Assembly (NCBI RefSeq): GCF_006345805.1
Contig: NC_043009.1
Coordinates: 37,076,001 to 37,140,000 of the forward strand
Length of the DNA stretch: 64,000 nt
Direction of reading: 5' to 3'
Source of the DNA: Octopus sinensis
Taxonomy: Eukaryota
Numbering within the stretch: position 1 is the first letter of the stretch; each line of letters begins with the position of its first letter. Position numbers and translations under genes: made by a program. Positions 23,548-35,991 of this stretch are shown here, one piece after another. The notes below the pieces were generated by a model that searched no databases, had not been told where the DNA came from, and saw nothing but the letters and a program-made list of their open reading frames with translations.

Positions 23548-23599
23548 CATACATACATACATACATACATACATACATACATACATACATACATACATA

Positions 23600-24080
23600 C
23601 ATACATACTTATATGATATATTCAGTGGAGCAGGTGCCCCAACGAATCTGCTCGCTGTTATCCGATGGGCCATGAAATACAACATCCCGCTGAGAATAAA
23701 TTTGAATTAATCCACTTCGGTAAAAAGGCTGCATTTGATTTACCATTCACTCTTCCCTCGGGCGAAAACCTCGTAGCATCAAACACCGCTACGGATCTCA
23801 ATGTAACTTTCGACAAAGCTGGTGTGCCCACATAAACAACAATGTCGACATGGCTCGCAGAGCGTACGCTGGATCCACAGGACTTTTCGGTCAAAAGATC
23901 ATTGCCCTCTTCTTCACCTTGGCCCGTCCTCGGAGTGCCCACATAAACAACAATGTCGACATGGCTCGCAGAGCGTACGCTGGATCCACAGGACTTTTCG
24001 GTCAAAAGATCATTGTCCTCTTCTTCACCTTGGCCCGTCCTCACCTTGAATACTGTTGTCTGCTTTTGTCTTCCTACACG
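23600..24080 (+). pseudogene. CR1-like LINE RT C-terminal fragment with a 111-bp tandem duplication
   Basis: Frame gives KIIVLFFTLARPHLEYCCLLLSSY (CR1 motif LVRPHLEYC); units start at 23824 and 23935. Confidence 0.7.
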
Positions 24081-24219
24081 GAAAAAAAGCACCCAGAAGG
24101 AAAAAAAAACTAATATTCGGCATAAATCTAAAACACTCTTTGTTTTTCCCTCTTCTTCGTGTTCATAATTTGTTTTTCGCTTGCTTGCTTTATGCTCTTG
24201 CTTGATGGGGCCGGGATCA

Positions 24220-24488
24220 TCTCAGGTTAGTTGTCTTAGAGATTTCATCATGTCTAGAGTCGACCAGGTCCACTAGTGTTCTCCATCGCTGACAGACCCG
24301 TGCCACTCCCTCTGCATCCTTCAAGATGACGTCGACTCTCTGGAGAACTTCTCCAATAACGCCCAGGCGTCTAGTGAGGGACCTGCCACGAGACCTGTTC
24401 CAGTCCACAGCTGCTGCTTCGAATGAGAGTAAAGCCCTTGTAGGATGATCTAGAGGGAGACAGAAGACATATCCGTACCAGCTCATGT
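24220..24488 (-). pseudogene. RTE-like LINE 3' fragment
   Basis: SWYGYVFCLPLDHPTRALL...WNRSRGRSLTRRLGVI...ARVCQRWRTLV resembles the RTE C-terminal RWxGHVxR...RPRGRPxxRW...DRxxWR pattern. Confidence 0.75.
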
Positions 24489-24490
24489 AA

Positions 24491-24569
<79 letters not shown>

Positions 24570-25164
24570 AATGCTGTGTGTTCAATCTCGGGCGTGTAGT
24601 CCGGATGAAACAATACGTCGATTGTATGTATACGCTATGTATAATGTATGATATGAATTACTACATAAAATGTTTTGTTCTCAACCTGATAACGACATCT
24701 AAAACATACACATGTATTTGTAGTAAATAACTCATATAGTAAAAACCATATGAATCAAGTGTAGTACTTGATTTGATTGACCCGATCGTGAAACCTGGTC
24801 TCGGTTATATATTATTGTATTGATATCCGGTGTCTATATGTCTGGCGTCTACAGATGTAAAGAAATAGGTGCCTTAATTGCAGCAGATTTGCAATAGTCG
24901 CTATTGTAAAGTATTTTGATTCAAAGCATTTTCAATTAAAAACCAAATTTTGAATATTGGCTTTGGACAGGCGTTTCTTAATTAGAAAAATTTTAGTTTT
25001 CTTTTCATCCTTAATAACGAACTTTCATTGTATACCTTCCATTTGAAAATAATTATTAGCTTAACTAGTTAGTATATGCTTGTATACATGCATACGTACA
25101 TTGTAACATATATAGTAACATACACATACAACAAATATAAATATTATCTACATATATATATATA

Positions 25165-25497
25165 TCGCTTTTGTATTTGGTTTGCAAGATTCTTTATGTG
25201 AATTCGTGTATTGAAGCATGTTTTATTGTGTCTGGGGAGAGTCATTCTCTTTCAGTGCCTTATTACTTAACCCACTCATCGGTTCGATTTCCACTCATTT
25301 ACTTATAGATTTTTTTTTCTAAAATTTGTATTGCGTCATGCAATCTTTTCAATAGTCGTTGAACGGTTATTGAAAAGGCTGCAAGACGCAACGAACATTT
25401 TAGGAAAAATAAATAAGTAAATGAGTGGAAATGGAACCAGTGAGTGTATTAGGTAATAAGGCACTGAAAGAGAAAGACTATCCCCAGACACAATAAC
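25165..25497. mobile_element. Palindromic element centred at 25361
   Basis: ttttcaatagtcgtt-g-aacggttattgaaaa centre; arms extend ~135 bp; homologous to 22130-22750. Confidence 0.7.
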
Positions 25498-25698
25498 ACA
25501 CACATACACACACACACACATAATATAATATATATACATACATGAATATATCTATAGGCATATATATAATACACTTACACACACGCACATAGATATGTAT
25601 ATATATGTGTGTGTGTGTATGTATATACGTATCCATCTACCTGTAAATATGCATATTAACATACGTACCGCTAAATCCTTTGCATCCTGTTTCTTTTG

Positions 25699-25768
<70 letters not shown>

Positions 25769-25869
25769 ATATATGTATGTATGTATATATGCATACAAAC
25801 ATACATACACATACACTTTTATATTCATATGGCGTTTGTCTACTCGTTATGCAGAGTTTGACCACCTCA

Positions 25870-26490
25870 TGTACCTACACATTAGAACCATCATGACATT
25901 TGATGTGGCTTTTTAAACCAAACAATGTTCTGGAAAGACACCCACATAGATTGCACATCCGATTTGGACCACCAAGAGCTGCAGATAAGTTCTGATCTTT
26001 GTGAACCTTAAAATGTCTTTTCCATGGGTTCGCAAATGAGATTTGAGCCCAGCAAAAGAAAGGCATGGTCTGTCACAAACTGTGCACGCAAAATGGTCGT
26101 TGTGATTCACTTTCGCGATCGTAACATTCTTCCTTAAATCTCTTTTGGTCTTGCATGCATTATTCTGGCCTTTGCCAACGCTTTCACTCCACTACACACT
26201 TATGTTCGCCATCCGAAGCAAAGGTTCCTATGTCTTCTGAATCCATTCCAAGTGATTTCATCGTAGTCCTTATGTCATCCTTAAACCCTTTTTTTTTTGT
26301 TTAGGTTTACGCCGATAGCGTTCCCCCCCTCTGCAAGCTCACCATAAACAGCTATTTGGGCATGCGTTCATCCGTCATTCGAACAATATGGCCACACCAT
26401 CTCATTTGGGTTCTCAAAAATCACAGATTTAATTGAGGTGATGCTTGCAGATGTCAAGACAGCTGTGTTTGCTATAAAAGAAGTCCATTT
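25870..26490 (-). pseudogene. RTE-like LINE 3' fragment ending in two C2H2 zinc fingers
   Basis: [13 protein letters not shown]...YGELAEG...KKGFKDDI followed by CTVC-x12-HLRTH and CNLC-x12-HIKCH in broken frames. Confidence 0.75.
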
Positions 26491-26516
26491 AATGATTCAT
26501 ATATATATATATATAT

Positions 26517-26565
<49 letters not shown>

Positions 26566-26591
26566 ATGTATTATATATTATATATATATAT

Positions 26592-26664
<73 letters not shown>

Positions 26665-26699
26665 CTATATATATATATATATCATATATATATATATAC

Positions 26700-26742
<43 letters not shown>

Positions 26743-26940
26743 TATAAGATATTATATATATATACATATATATATATATATGTATACATATATATATATA
26801 CATTACATACACACCATACACACACACACACACACACACCACCCACACACACACACACACACACACCACACACACACAACATATATATATAATATATATA
26901 TATTATATATATATGTATGTATGTATGTATGTATGAATAT
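26490..26940. repeat. Compound (TA)n/(CA)n microsatellite field
   Basis: Direct inspection; similar fields at 3145-3385 and 5960-6205. Confidence 0.95.
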
Positions 26941-27289
26941 ATAAACTTTTAACGTATGAATATATGCATTTTATGCAATCTGTCTGGTGTCTAGAAAGGT
27001 AAAAATATTATTATTTCAACGTCAATTGAAAACTGTTTTATTATAACGTTTTTAAAAAGGAATGGAATATTTCATTATAAGCATATAGTTTATAATAATA
27101 ATATTGTGGTACGACTATCACTACACCACATTTTACTACTACTACTACTACTACTACAATAGATTATTTCACACGCTATTATACTTCTCGACCGCCATCA
27201 TAATGTCCAGTTAATTGCACATACGCATGTGCACACGCCATCAACCCACCACATTTAGGCATTCACTTACTTATATCTTCCTTCTTATT

Positions 27290-27326
27290 ATTATTATCAC
27301 TATTACTGCTATTATTATTATTACTA

Positions 27327-27400
<74 letters not shown>

Positions 27401-27775
27401 GTTGTTGTTGTTGTTGTTCTTGGTTGTGGTGGCGGTGCTGCCTTCTGTGTTCTCTTTTATCTGGTTTTGTCAACAGTTCTCTTTCATACTGTCATGGCGG
27501 TACATTCTCCTCCACACCCGCTCTAACTCACACTCTCCTCCTCTCCCACACTCTCTCCTGCTTCCTCTCCTTTTCGCTCCCCCGTGCCATTTTATCTTTC
27601 ATATCCACTTGCCGTTTATATTATTCTTTACAATATATTTGCTATCTGTTCATCATCAGTTTTGCTCTCCACATTTTCTTTCTTCTTCGGTGGTGGTAGT
27701 GGTTTCCTTTTCTTTTCACATTTATTATTATTATTATTATTATCATTATTATTATTGTTGTTGTTGTTGTTGTTG

Positions 27776-27871
<96 letters not shown>

Positions 27872-27875
27872 TTTA
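27290..27875. repeat. (ATT)n/(GTT)n triplet microsatellites
   Basis: Two arrays, ~27290-27420 and ~27720-27875. Confidence 0.95.
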
Positions 27876-27929
27876 TTTTATTTCTCTATTTTCTCGGAGT
27901 TGTTTTGCGAGATTTCTGCGTTTTCTTAG

Positions 27930-27974
27930 AGTTGTCAGAAATCATTTATACTGGAAGATAGGACGCGGCGGGCG
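27930..27974 (+). CDS. Candidate 45-nt exon
   Basis: tttctgcgttttcttag/ ... /gtgagc; open as SCQKSFILEDRTRRA or xVVRNHLYWKIGRGG. Confidence 0.2.
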
Positions 27975-28333
27975 GTGAGCGGGGCAGGGGGGTAGATTGA
28001 AAAGAAAAAGAAAAAAAAACTCGGTTAACATGACAAGGACCTAAGATGGCTAGAACTAACCAGCCAGCCAGGAAACCAACCAGCCTACCAGCTCAACCAT
28101 TCAACAGACACTTTTCGGTAAACAGTGAATAACCAACCGTCCATCTACCCCACTACATACCCTACCTACCTACCTACCTACCAATCCACCCCTTACACAC
28201 CCGTTTCTCTAGCTTTTATCATCAATTCTTGTTTGAGATTTCTTTTCACTTTAGTATATATTTCGTCTTGATTTTACTTTTGTTATAGTTTTTTGCTGTC
28301 TTATTTTATTAATTTTCTTTTGTGATTCGTAGA

Positions 28334-28368
<35 letters not shown>

Positions 28369-28551
28369 CACACGCGCGCGCACAAACTCACATACATTCA
28401 CACGTCTACATATACGCACATACATATGTATACACAGAGGCGCGCGCACAAAACTGTTATTAGCGTCTGATTTCGTCCCAGAAATCTGTAAGGTTTCATA
28501 TAGTTCTGTTATATCTCTCTAGGAGTCCCTGCATGTGTGTGTGTGTGTGTG

Positions 28552-28603
<52 letters not shown>

Positions 28604-29155
28604 TCTGTGTGAGTATGTCTCTGTGAGTATGTCTCTGTGAGTATGTCTGTATGTATAAGTGTATGTACACATGAGTATGAGTGATATATATATATGAGCA
28701 TGTGTATGTGAGTGTGTCTCAGCGTGCACATGTGTGCTTATACTGTAGAGATTCACATATATAAGCAGACAAAATACACATGGCAGTCACATGTCTTTGC
28801 CAGACCCACACGCAAACACACGCATACACGTATATTCAAATATAGTATATATTTATATACATACACATATGTTTATGTGTGTATACACACATGTAAATGC
28901 ATTTATGTATATATATACATATGTATATATATATATATTTATATATACATATACATGTTTATGTGTGTATACACATATGTAAATGCATTTATGTATATAT
29001 ATGTATAATATATATTTATATATATATATACATGTTTATGTGTGTATACACATATGTAAATACATTTATGTATATATATACACACATATTTATGTATATA
29101 CGGCTATATCTGCATATATATACATATATACATATGCATATGTACATTTGTATTA

Positions 29156-29202
<47 letters not shown>

Positions 29203-30516
29203 ATATATACATACATACATATATACATATACACATTGCATTCGATATACAGTCTTTTAACTTAGGATATATATACCTTTTATTAGACAGTGAATGCATA
29301 TATATGTTTACATTTTTATAAAAGAGGTCGAGAGATGCAGACATACAGACTACATATTACGTATAAATGTCAGCGAGGAGTCGCGAGTTCTGTCCCAACG
29401 GGTGCTTATTATATTCTCGCATGTACTCTCTTTTATATAAATACACTTCCTTTAAAGCTAATTTTTGATAAGGCAAGAATGCTTCCTCTACAGGTCGCAT
29501 GACGCGCTAGAAATAAGCTGTGAAATGTTTTCAACTTATATCTTACCGTTTTAGAAACAGACATATTGTTTTTCCTATGGAAAAAGCGATTGCGACTTCC
29601 AGTACATAACGTTAAAGCTCGAAATAAGTTTTATTATTAATTTTTAGAGAAAATTAATGTAATTTTCGTCACCACCATACAAAACTACATTAGTGTAGGA
29701 AATTCCGACGGTAGAAAGAAATTTAAAAGACCCTATTCCTGGGCACTTTCACAGGAGAAAATGGCGTAATGGTTACAGCTGGAGAACTTTTGATCATAAG
29801 CCTTGCTCTTTTAGCTAAAAACAAACAACGACAGCGACAGCAGTAACAACAATAGCAACAACAAATTTAGGGATGAATTCACATTGACTTTGTGCTTTAA
29901 GATTTTCGCTTCTCAATCACTTGGTTCCGGGTTCGTACCTGATGTACGTCACACTGAACCGGGGACTTGTAGCTTCGAGTTGACAAATGCATTTGGTAAG
30001 CAGAAACCCATTGTATGATCATCAACGCACACATATAGCTTGGACTAGATGTTGGTCTCACGATCAAAAAGTCATAGTATGAGTACTCGCCGAGTTCTCA
30101 CGAAGTGTTTTATCCTTCGTGCTTTCATATATTTGATGTTCCTGTGAGTTCCCTGTGGGAGGACCGAGAGGCTATGAGCACGCGATTTACTGGGCGCTTC
30201 AGAGATTTAGCAAAAGCATAGTATATGCTACCAAATCCTACTCGCTGGCGAAAGACGGCTATGGATATAAAATGTGAACGATCGTCCTCTTGTAGTGCGT
30301 ATTCTTCATATAAAAATTTGGTATTCTCCATTCTAGTTCATGCTGTTATATACTCCGAATTTCTTGAAATTCTTCTAAACGATATCAGGATATACTTATC
30401 ATACACCGGTATGTTAATTCTACTTGAATTTAAGGGTATCTGATAGTTTGATATAATTTATCAAGTTTGCTTAAAAATAGAGTGCTTTCTAGATATCAAA
30501 TCCCTTTTACCTATTT

Positions 30517-30525
30517 TATCTATCC

Positions 30526-30597
<72 letters not shown>

Positions 30598-30623
30598 GTC
30601 TGTCTGTCTGTCTGTCTGCCTGG

Positions 30624-30701
<78 letters not shown>

Positions 30702-30732
30702 GTCTGTCTGTCTGTCTGTCTGTCTGCCTGCG

Positions 30733-30781
<49 letters not shown>

Positions 30782-30782
30782 T
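30517..30782. repeat. (TATC)n/(TGTC)n compound microsatellite
   Basis: Direct inspection. Confidence 0.95.
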
Positions 30783-31060
30783 AATCTAAATTTGATATCG
30801 TTTATCTTGTAGTTTTTTCGATTATTGAACTGCGGTCATATTGGGATACGGCCTTGAAAGGATTATTTGAACAAATCGACCCAAGTAATTATTAATTTTT
30901 AAGTCTGGTACACACACTCACACAAACACACAGAACAGACGTATACACACAGACATACAGACACATACACACACACACATACATACATACATACATACAT
31001 ACATACATACATACATACATACATACATACATACATACATACATACATGCATATACTCTT

Positions 31061-31475
31061 TTCTCTTTTACTCTTTTACTTGTTTCAGTCATTTGACTGC
31101 GGCCATGCTGGAGCAACGCCTTTTTTTTTTTAATCGAGCAACACGACCCCGGGACTTATTCTTTGTAAGCCCAGCACTTATTTTATCGGTCTCTTTTGCC
31201 GAACCGCTAAGTGACGGGGACATAAACACACCAGCATCGGTTGTCAAGCAATGCTAGGTGGACAAACACAGACACACAAACATACACGCGCACACACATA
31301 TATATACATATATACGACGGGCTTCTTTCAGTTTCCGTCTACCAAATCCACTCACAAGGCTTTGGTCGGCCCGAGGCTATAGTAGAAGACACTTGCCCAA
31401 GATGCCACGCAGTGGGACTGAACCCGGAACCATGTGGTTGGTAAACAAGCTACTTAACACACAGCCACTCCTGCG

Positions 31476-31480
<5 letters not shown>
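31061..31480 (-). mobile_element. Full-length SINE family C
   Basis: tRNA-like head ataggcgcaggagtggctgtgtg, CORE-like domain, internal CA/TA spacer, CR1-like 3' tail. Confidence 0.9.
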
Positions 31481-31519
<39 letters not shown>

Positions 31520-32441
31520 TACATGTAACAGTAGATGAGTTGGGCTTTCAAAGCTGTTTGCTTAAAAGTTGTGTGTTGCTGATTTTCAAAACATATTATT
31601 TTAAATTGATATTTTGATGCTTATTAACCTTGTTTTCATTCATTGGCTAATTAACATGTATCAAAAGTAAAATGTTTTGAAAAGCAGCACCAAGAGACTC
31701 TAAAAAGCTGTAACGCTAAGTGTAAATAATTGTATCACGGAGTAAACAATTTTTGAAAATCAGTTCTTTTACTTGCTCTTATAGTTTCTAATCATAGTCT
31801 ACTCTGCTTTGTGTACTGAGTGCCATCATCTCACATTTTGTCAACAAATTTATATGTATACGCATATCTCTGTGTGCATATATGCGTGTGTGTATATGTG
31901 TGTATATATGTGTGTGTATGTGTGTGTGCATGTGTGCATATATGTACATACATGCATGCATACATACATACATACATACATACATACATACATACATACA
32001 TACATACATACATACACACATGCATACCTACAAATATATATATATAATCAAAATAAGGAACAAGGATATCCAGAGGTAATGCAGTACGATCGTTTCAAGC
32101 AACTCCATTTAATTGAACAACGCAATCATTACATCGATTTAAATGCAGAGCAATCGTTAGCTGCATAAAGACATAGAATTTAATTAAATTTAATAAAATT
32201 AAAACAGATGGAGACATTAGTATAATTTTACCTAAAATCTCCAAGAAGGTAAGGAGATAGACAAAAATATGCTGCCTTCACTTCAGCTTAAAAGCTACTA
32301 AGGTATCAGGAAGAAAGACTTGTTAAATATTTTGCTTGTCACTGTTTTATGGGGTCAGTTTTAATTTAGAGACTAGTTTTATCAATCTTTGTATATCTAA
32401 GGCCGAGAGAACAAGGAGCATATATATATATATATATATAT

Positions 32442-32484
<43 letters not shown>

Positions 32485-32528
32485 ATATATATATGCATAA
32501 TAACATACATACATACATACATACATAC

Positions 32529-32559
<31 letters not shown>

Positions 32560-32969
32560 TATATATATTATATATAGCTCTTGACATTCATTATTTCATG
32601 GAAATGCGAAAGGTACTTTTAGCAGTGGAACTTTGTTTCCTTGTTTGAAACCAGCTTCTTTCTCATAAGTATTATTCTAAGAAAAGAAAAGAAACGCACA
32701 CAGCCAGAAACAGACACAGACACACACACACACACACATGCATACATAACTCACGCCAAGTCCCATTGCAGGAGCGGTAGACATTAATGTTTCGTCACCT
32801 TTGTGACTTATCAATATCACGTACCGACTCATCTACGATTTCCAAGAGTTTTAACGCCAGACACATTGATGAGAATGAACTCTCTTACGCCTACGAATCG
32901 CAGCCTGCACACGAACTGGAAAAACATATGCCTTGTGTATTTGTGTTCGATATTGTTTACAAGAAATAA

Positions 32970-33170
32970 TGGGGGAACATTCCTGTTAGAATTTCTGCCA
33001 AGTGCAAACAAAACGGACCAGACATAGTTATTTGGAACAGAAAAGACATGTACAGTTTTAAAGGTTAGCTACCCTCTACATGTGAAACATCCCAAACCAG
33101 CGAGATGAAGAATATCTTAGGATAACTGTACCGAATCCTGCTGTACTTCGTCTTTATAAATTTATATTTA
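32970..33170 (+). pseudogene. R4/Dong-like endonuclease remnant
   Basis: WGNIPVRISAKCKQNGPDIVIWNRKD (RPDIV motif); same type as the 1750-2690 remnant. Confidence 0.55.
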
Positions 33171-33294
33171 TATCAATAATTACACTGTGAAACACGATTT
33201 TTGTCCTTGGGTAGCAACTGTTATTTCCTGTTCGCTTACCCACTAGAAAGTATGAAAAATGGCAAATATTTCCTTCAAATTTTGCTTTTGTTAC

Positions 33295-33450
33295 ATTTAT
33301 TCAAACCCCAAAGAATCCCTCTCAATACATGGCTATGATGTTCACCACTACTCCTGGTCATGATTAAAGAGATGCACATATTGTCAGCCTCTAAGGGACA
33401 TACTCAATGGTTAAGGTCAAGCAACTGACAAGCAAATCTGTAGTATTTCT
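33295..33450 (-). mobile_element. Partial copy of the 549-bp element at 37811
   Basis: aaccccaaagaatccctctcaa...caactgacaagcaaatctgt aligns to 38101-38240. Confidence 0.8.
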
Positions 33451-33981
33451 ACTTCAGCAACTCAGCGTTGAATTTGTCTGAAATGTAATGGAAAATAGGT
33501 CAGTTTCAAAACTTTGATGTTCAGGTCACAAAAGCAAAGTTTGGAGGGAATAGTTGTCATTTTCTTTGATTTCTAGATAGAAGCAAATAGGAAATAACAC
33601 TTACTATCCAAAGACAATAAATAAATAAATAAATAAAAAATAAATAAATAAATTAAAAAATTTGTTACACAGTGCTATTGGTGCATTTGGCTCTGCTAGT
33701 AAATGTCTGAGGCCAGAAACTGGAGAAGCTAAGAATTTAAGTAAAGAAGGAGACCGGCGGACTCAAACTTAACAGATGCAATCTCTATATAGAACTTTAA
33801 TAGATATGCAACACCTTCTTCAAGATCGATGTTAAAAAGTATCGTTGTTATGTACGTACGTACGTACATACATACAAACATACATACATACATACATACA
33901 AACATACATCATACATACATACATACATACATACATACATACATACATACATACATACATACATACATACATACATACATA

Positions 33982-34197
33982 CAAGGGGCTGCTGAAAAGT
34001 TCCTGGCTTCGGATAAAAGAATATACAGGAGGATCAATTAGTTGTGATTTGATTCAACATATTCCCCTCTCATATTCACACACATATTGCAGCAGTCCTT
34101 CAATTTTTCTAAGCCCTGTTAAAGAACTCGGAAGGCTGGATCTCCAACCAGGCCATTCACGATACCCATAAAGCCAAGAACTTTTCAGCACCCGTCG
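33982..34197 (-). mobile_element. Mariner-derived MITE, third copy
   Basis: TA-flanked on both sides, TIR-like ends gctgaaaagttcctggc / gccaagaacttttcagc; reverse complement of the 8331 family. Confidence 0.8.
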
Positions 34198-34453
34198 TAC
34201 ATACATGCAAGCATACATATAGACATATATCATATACATGTACATACATACATACATGCATTCATGCATTCATACATACATACATACATACATACATGCT
34301 TACATGCATGCATACATACATACATACATACATACATACATACATACATACATACATGCATGCATACATACATACATACATGCATACATACATACATACA
34401 TGCATGCATACATACATACATACATACATACATACATACATACATACATACAT

Positions 34454-34485
<32 letters not shown>

Positions 34486-35469
34486 GTATTCATATATATA
34501 TAAACGAATTCATACAAGCATCTATGCATACATAAGGCACTTCCTGTCAATCCAGTATGAGATTACTAAAACAATATACAGAGCCAGCCGTAAGAAAGAC
34601 TACCCTAAGATAAATATAGAAAATATTTTTGTTGTATAGTACATCTACATACATTCCAATACAAAGGATATTAGCAAAACATTCACGTCACAACTTCCGC
34701 TAAATGCCAGCATAACAGGCTTCATTTAGTTGTTTTGGAGGGAAAGGGATTAAATCTTGTAGAGTTATAGGGGCCAGCTGCCCTGCAGATGTGAGCATTT
34801 CTTTCATAATATCTGACAATGAAAATATTTTTGGACAAGCTATTTCGGAATATAATTCTTCTCTATCTTTTGGTTATAAATTCACATTTTATCTGTAATT
34901 ATCGGTGCACTTGAATATGATAATAAAGGCCTAAGTGACGATCTCAAAGATTTTTTTGGTCAAAAACGTGACCAGCTAATACATACTTCACAAATACAAT
35001 CTGTAAGTGGTACCGTAAAAATATGGAAGAATTCCTCAAATCGAAAATGTAACTCTTCACCATTGTATTATCCAAATTCCAATGCTAGCGTTTTAGTTCT
35101 TCGTTAGAAATTAGGTTCCTCTTTATAGGAAGGAGACAAATAAGTAAATAATAATAATAATATGCAGACGTATATTAATATATATATAAAAATGCAATAG
35201 CCATTATTAATAAATGAGGTATGATTTAGCAACATGTACCATGCTTTGGCTAATTATTTTAGGTAATTATATTGGGTTGTAATTATATTGGATTCGTGCC
35301 GATTTATAGTAGCATACCTTTCGATTTATTTTAGAACATGGTTGAGTCCATAAAATAGGATTTTACTACACCTCCATTTAGAGCACAGTTTAAGCTATCT
35401 TTTCGTGGAAGAAGGTTTATGTTTCTATGACCTGTGTTAATTCTGTAACCCTTTAAAATGGAAGATAAG

Positions 35470-35840
35470 AAAGATCATTTTCGGCACTTGATGCTTTGGG
35501 AACCAGACAAAAATTGTGCAGGTCGGCTAGGATGTGTTACCCCACCCTCCATATTCACCAGATATTGCTCCTCCGGATTTCCACTTATTCAGGTCTCAGC
35601 AGAATAGTCTTAATGGTAAAAATTTCAATTCTTTGGATGACGGAAAAAGATACGTTGATGAATTCTTTGCCATGAAACCACCTCAATTCTAGGAAGAGAG
35701 TATTTTGAAGTTAAAGGAAAGATGGAGGCGCAATGTGCAACAAAATGGTTCATATTTGGTTGATTAAAAATGTAATGGCAAGTATTTATTGACCTTTTTC
35801 TTTCCTTTAAAAATCGGCACGAAATTTCCGGACAACCCTT
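35470..35840 (+). mobile_element. Mariner transposase C-terminal remnant with 3' end
   Basis: From 35531: DVLPHPPYSPDIAPPDFHLFRSQQNSLNGKNFNSLDDGKRYVDEFFAMKPPQF*EESILKLKERWRRNVQQNGSYLVD* (YSPDL-type motif), one internal stop. Confidence 0.9.
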
Positions 35841-35938
35841 ATAATCGCTACCAAACATAGATAACTCCCGCCTATGACTTAGTGAAACATCGAGGATGTA
35901 ACAACTGGAGAAAGAGAGGGGAGAGAGAGGGAAGGGGG

Positions 35939-35991
<53 letters not shown>

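Noticed and set aside
23824-24042. Direct repeats that might suggest a CRISPR-like array
   Set aside because: Two 108-bp units without spacers inside a LINE fragment in a eukaryotic genome.
24770-24805. GAAACCTGGTC resembling a hammerhead 3' half
   Set aside because: No CUGANGA core or stem I partner upstream.
32787-32969. 60-aa plus-strand ORF, and a 27-nt minus-strand exon candidate in the same region
   Set aside because: The two readings conflict, no homology is recognised, and the region abuts a LINE remnant.
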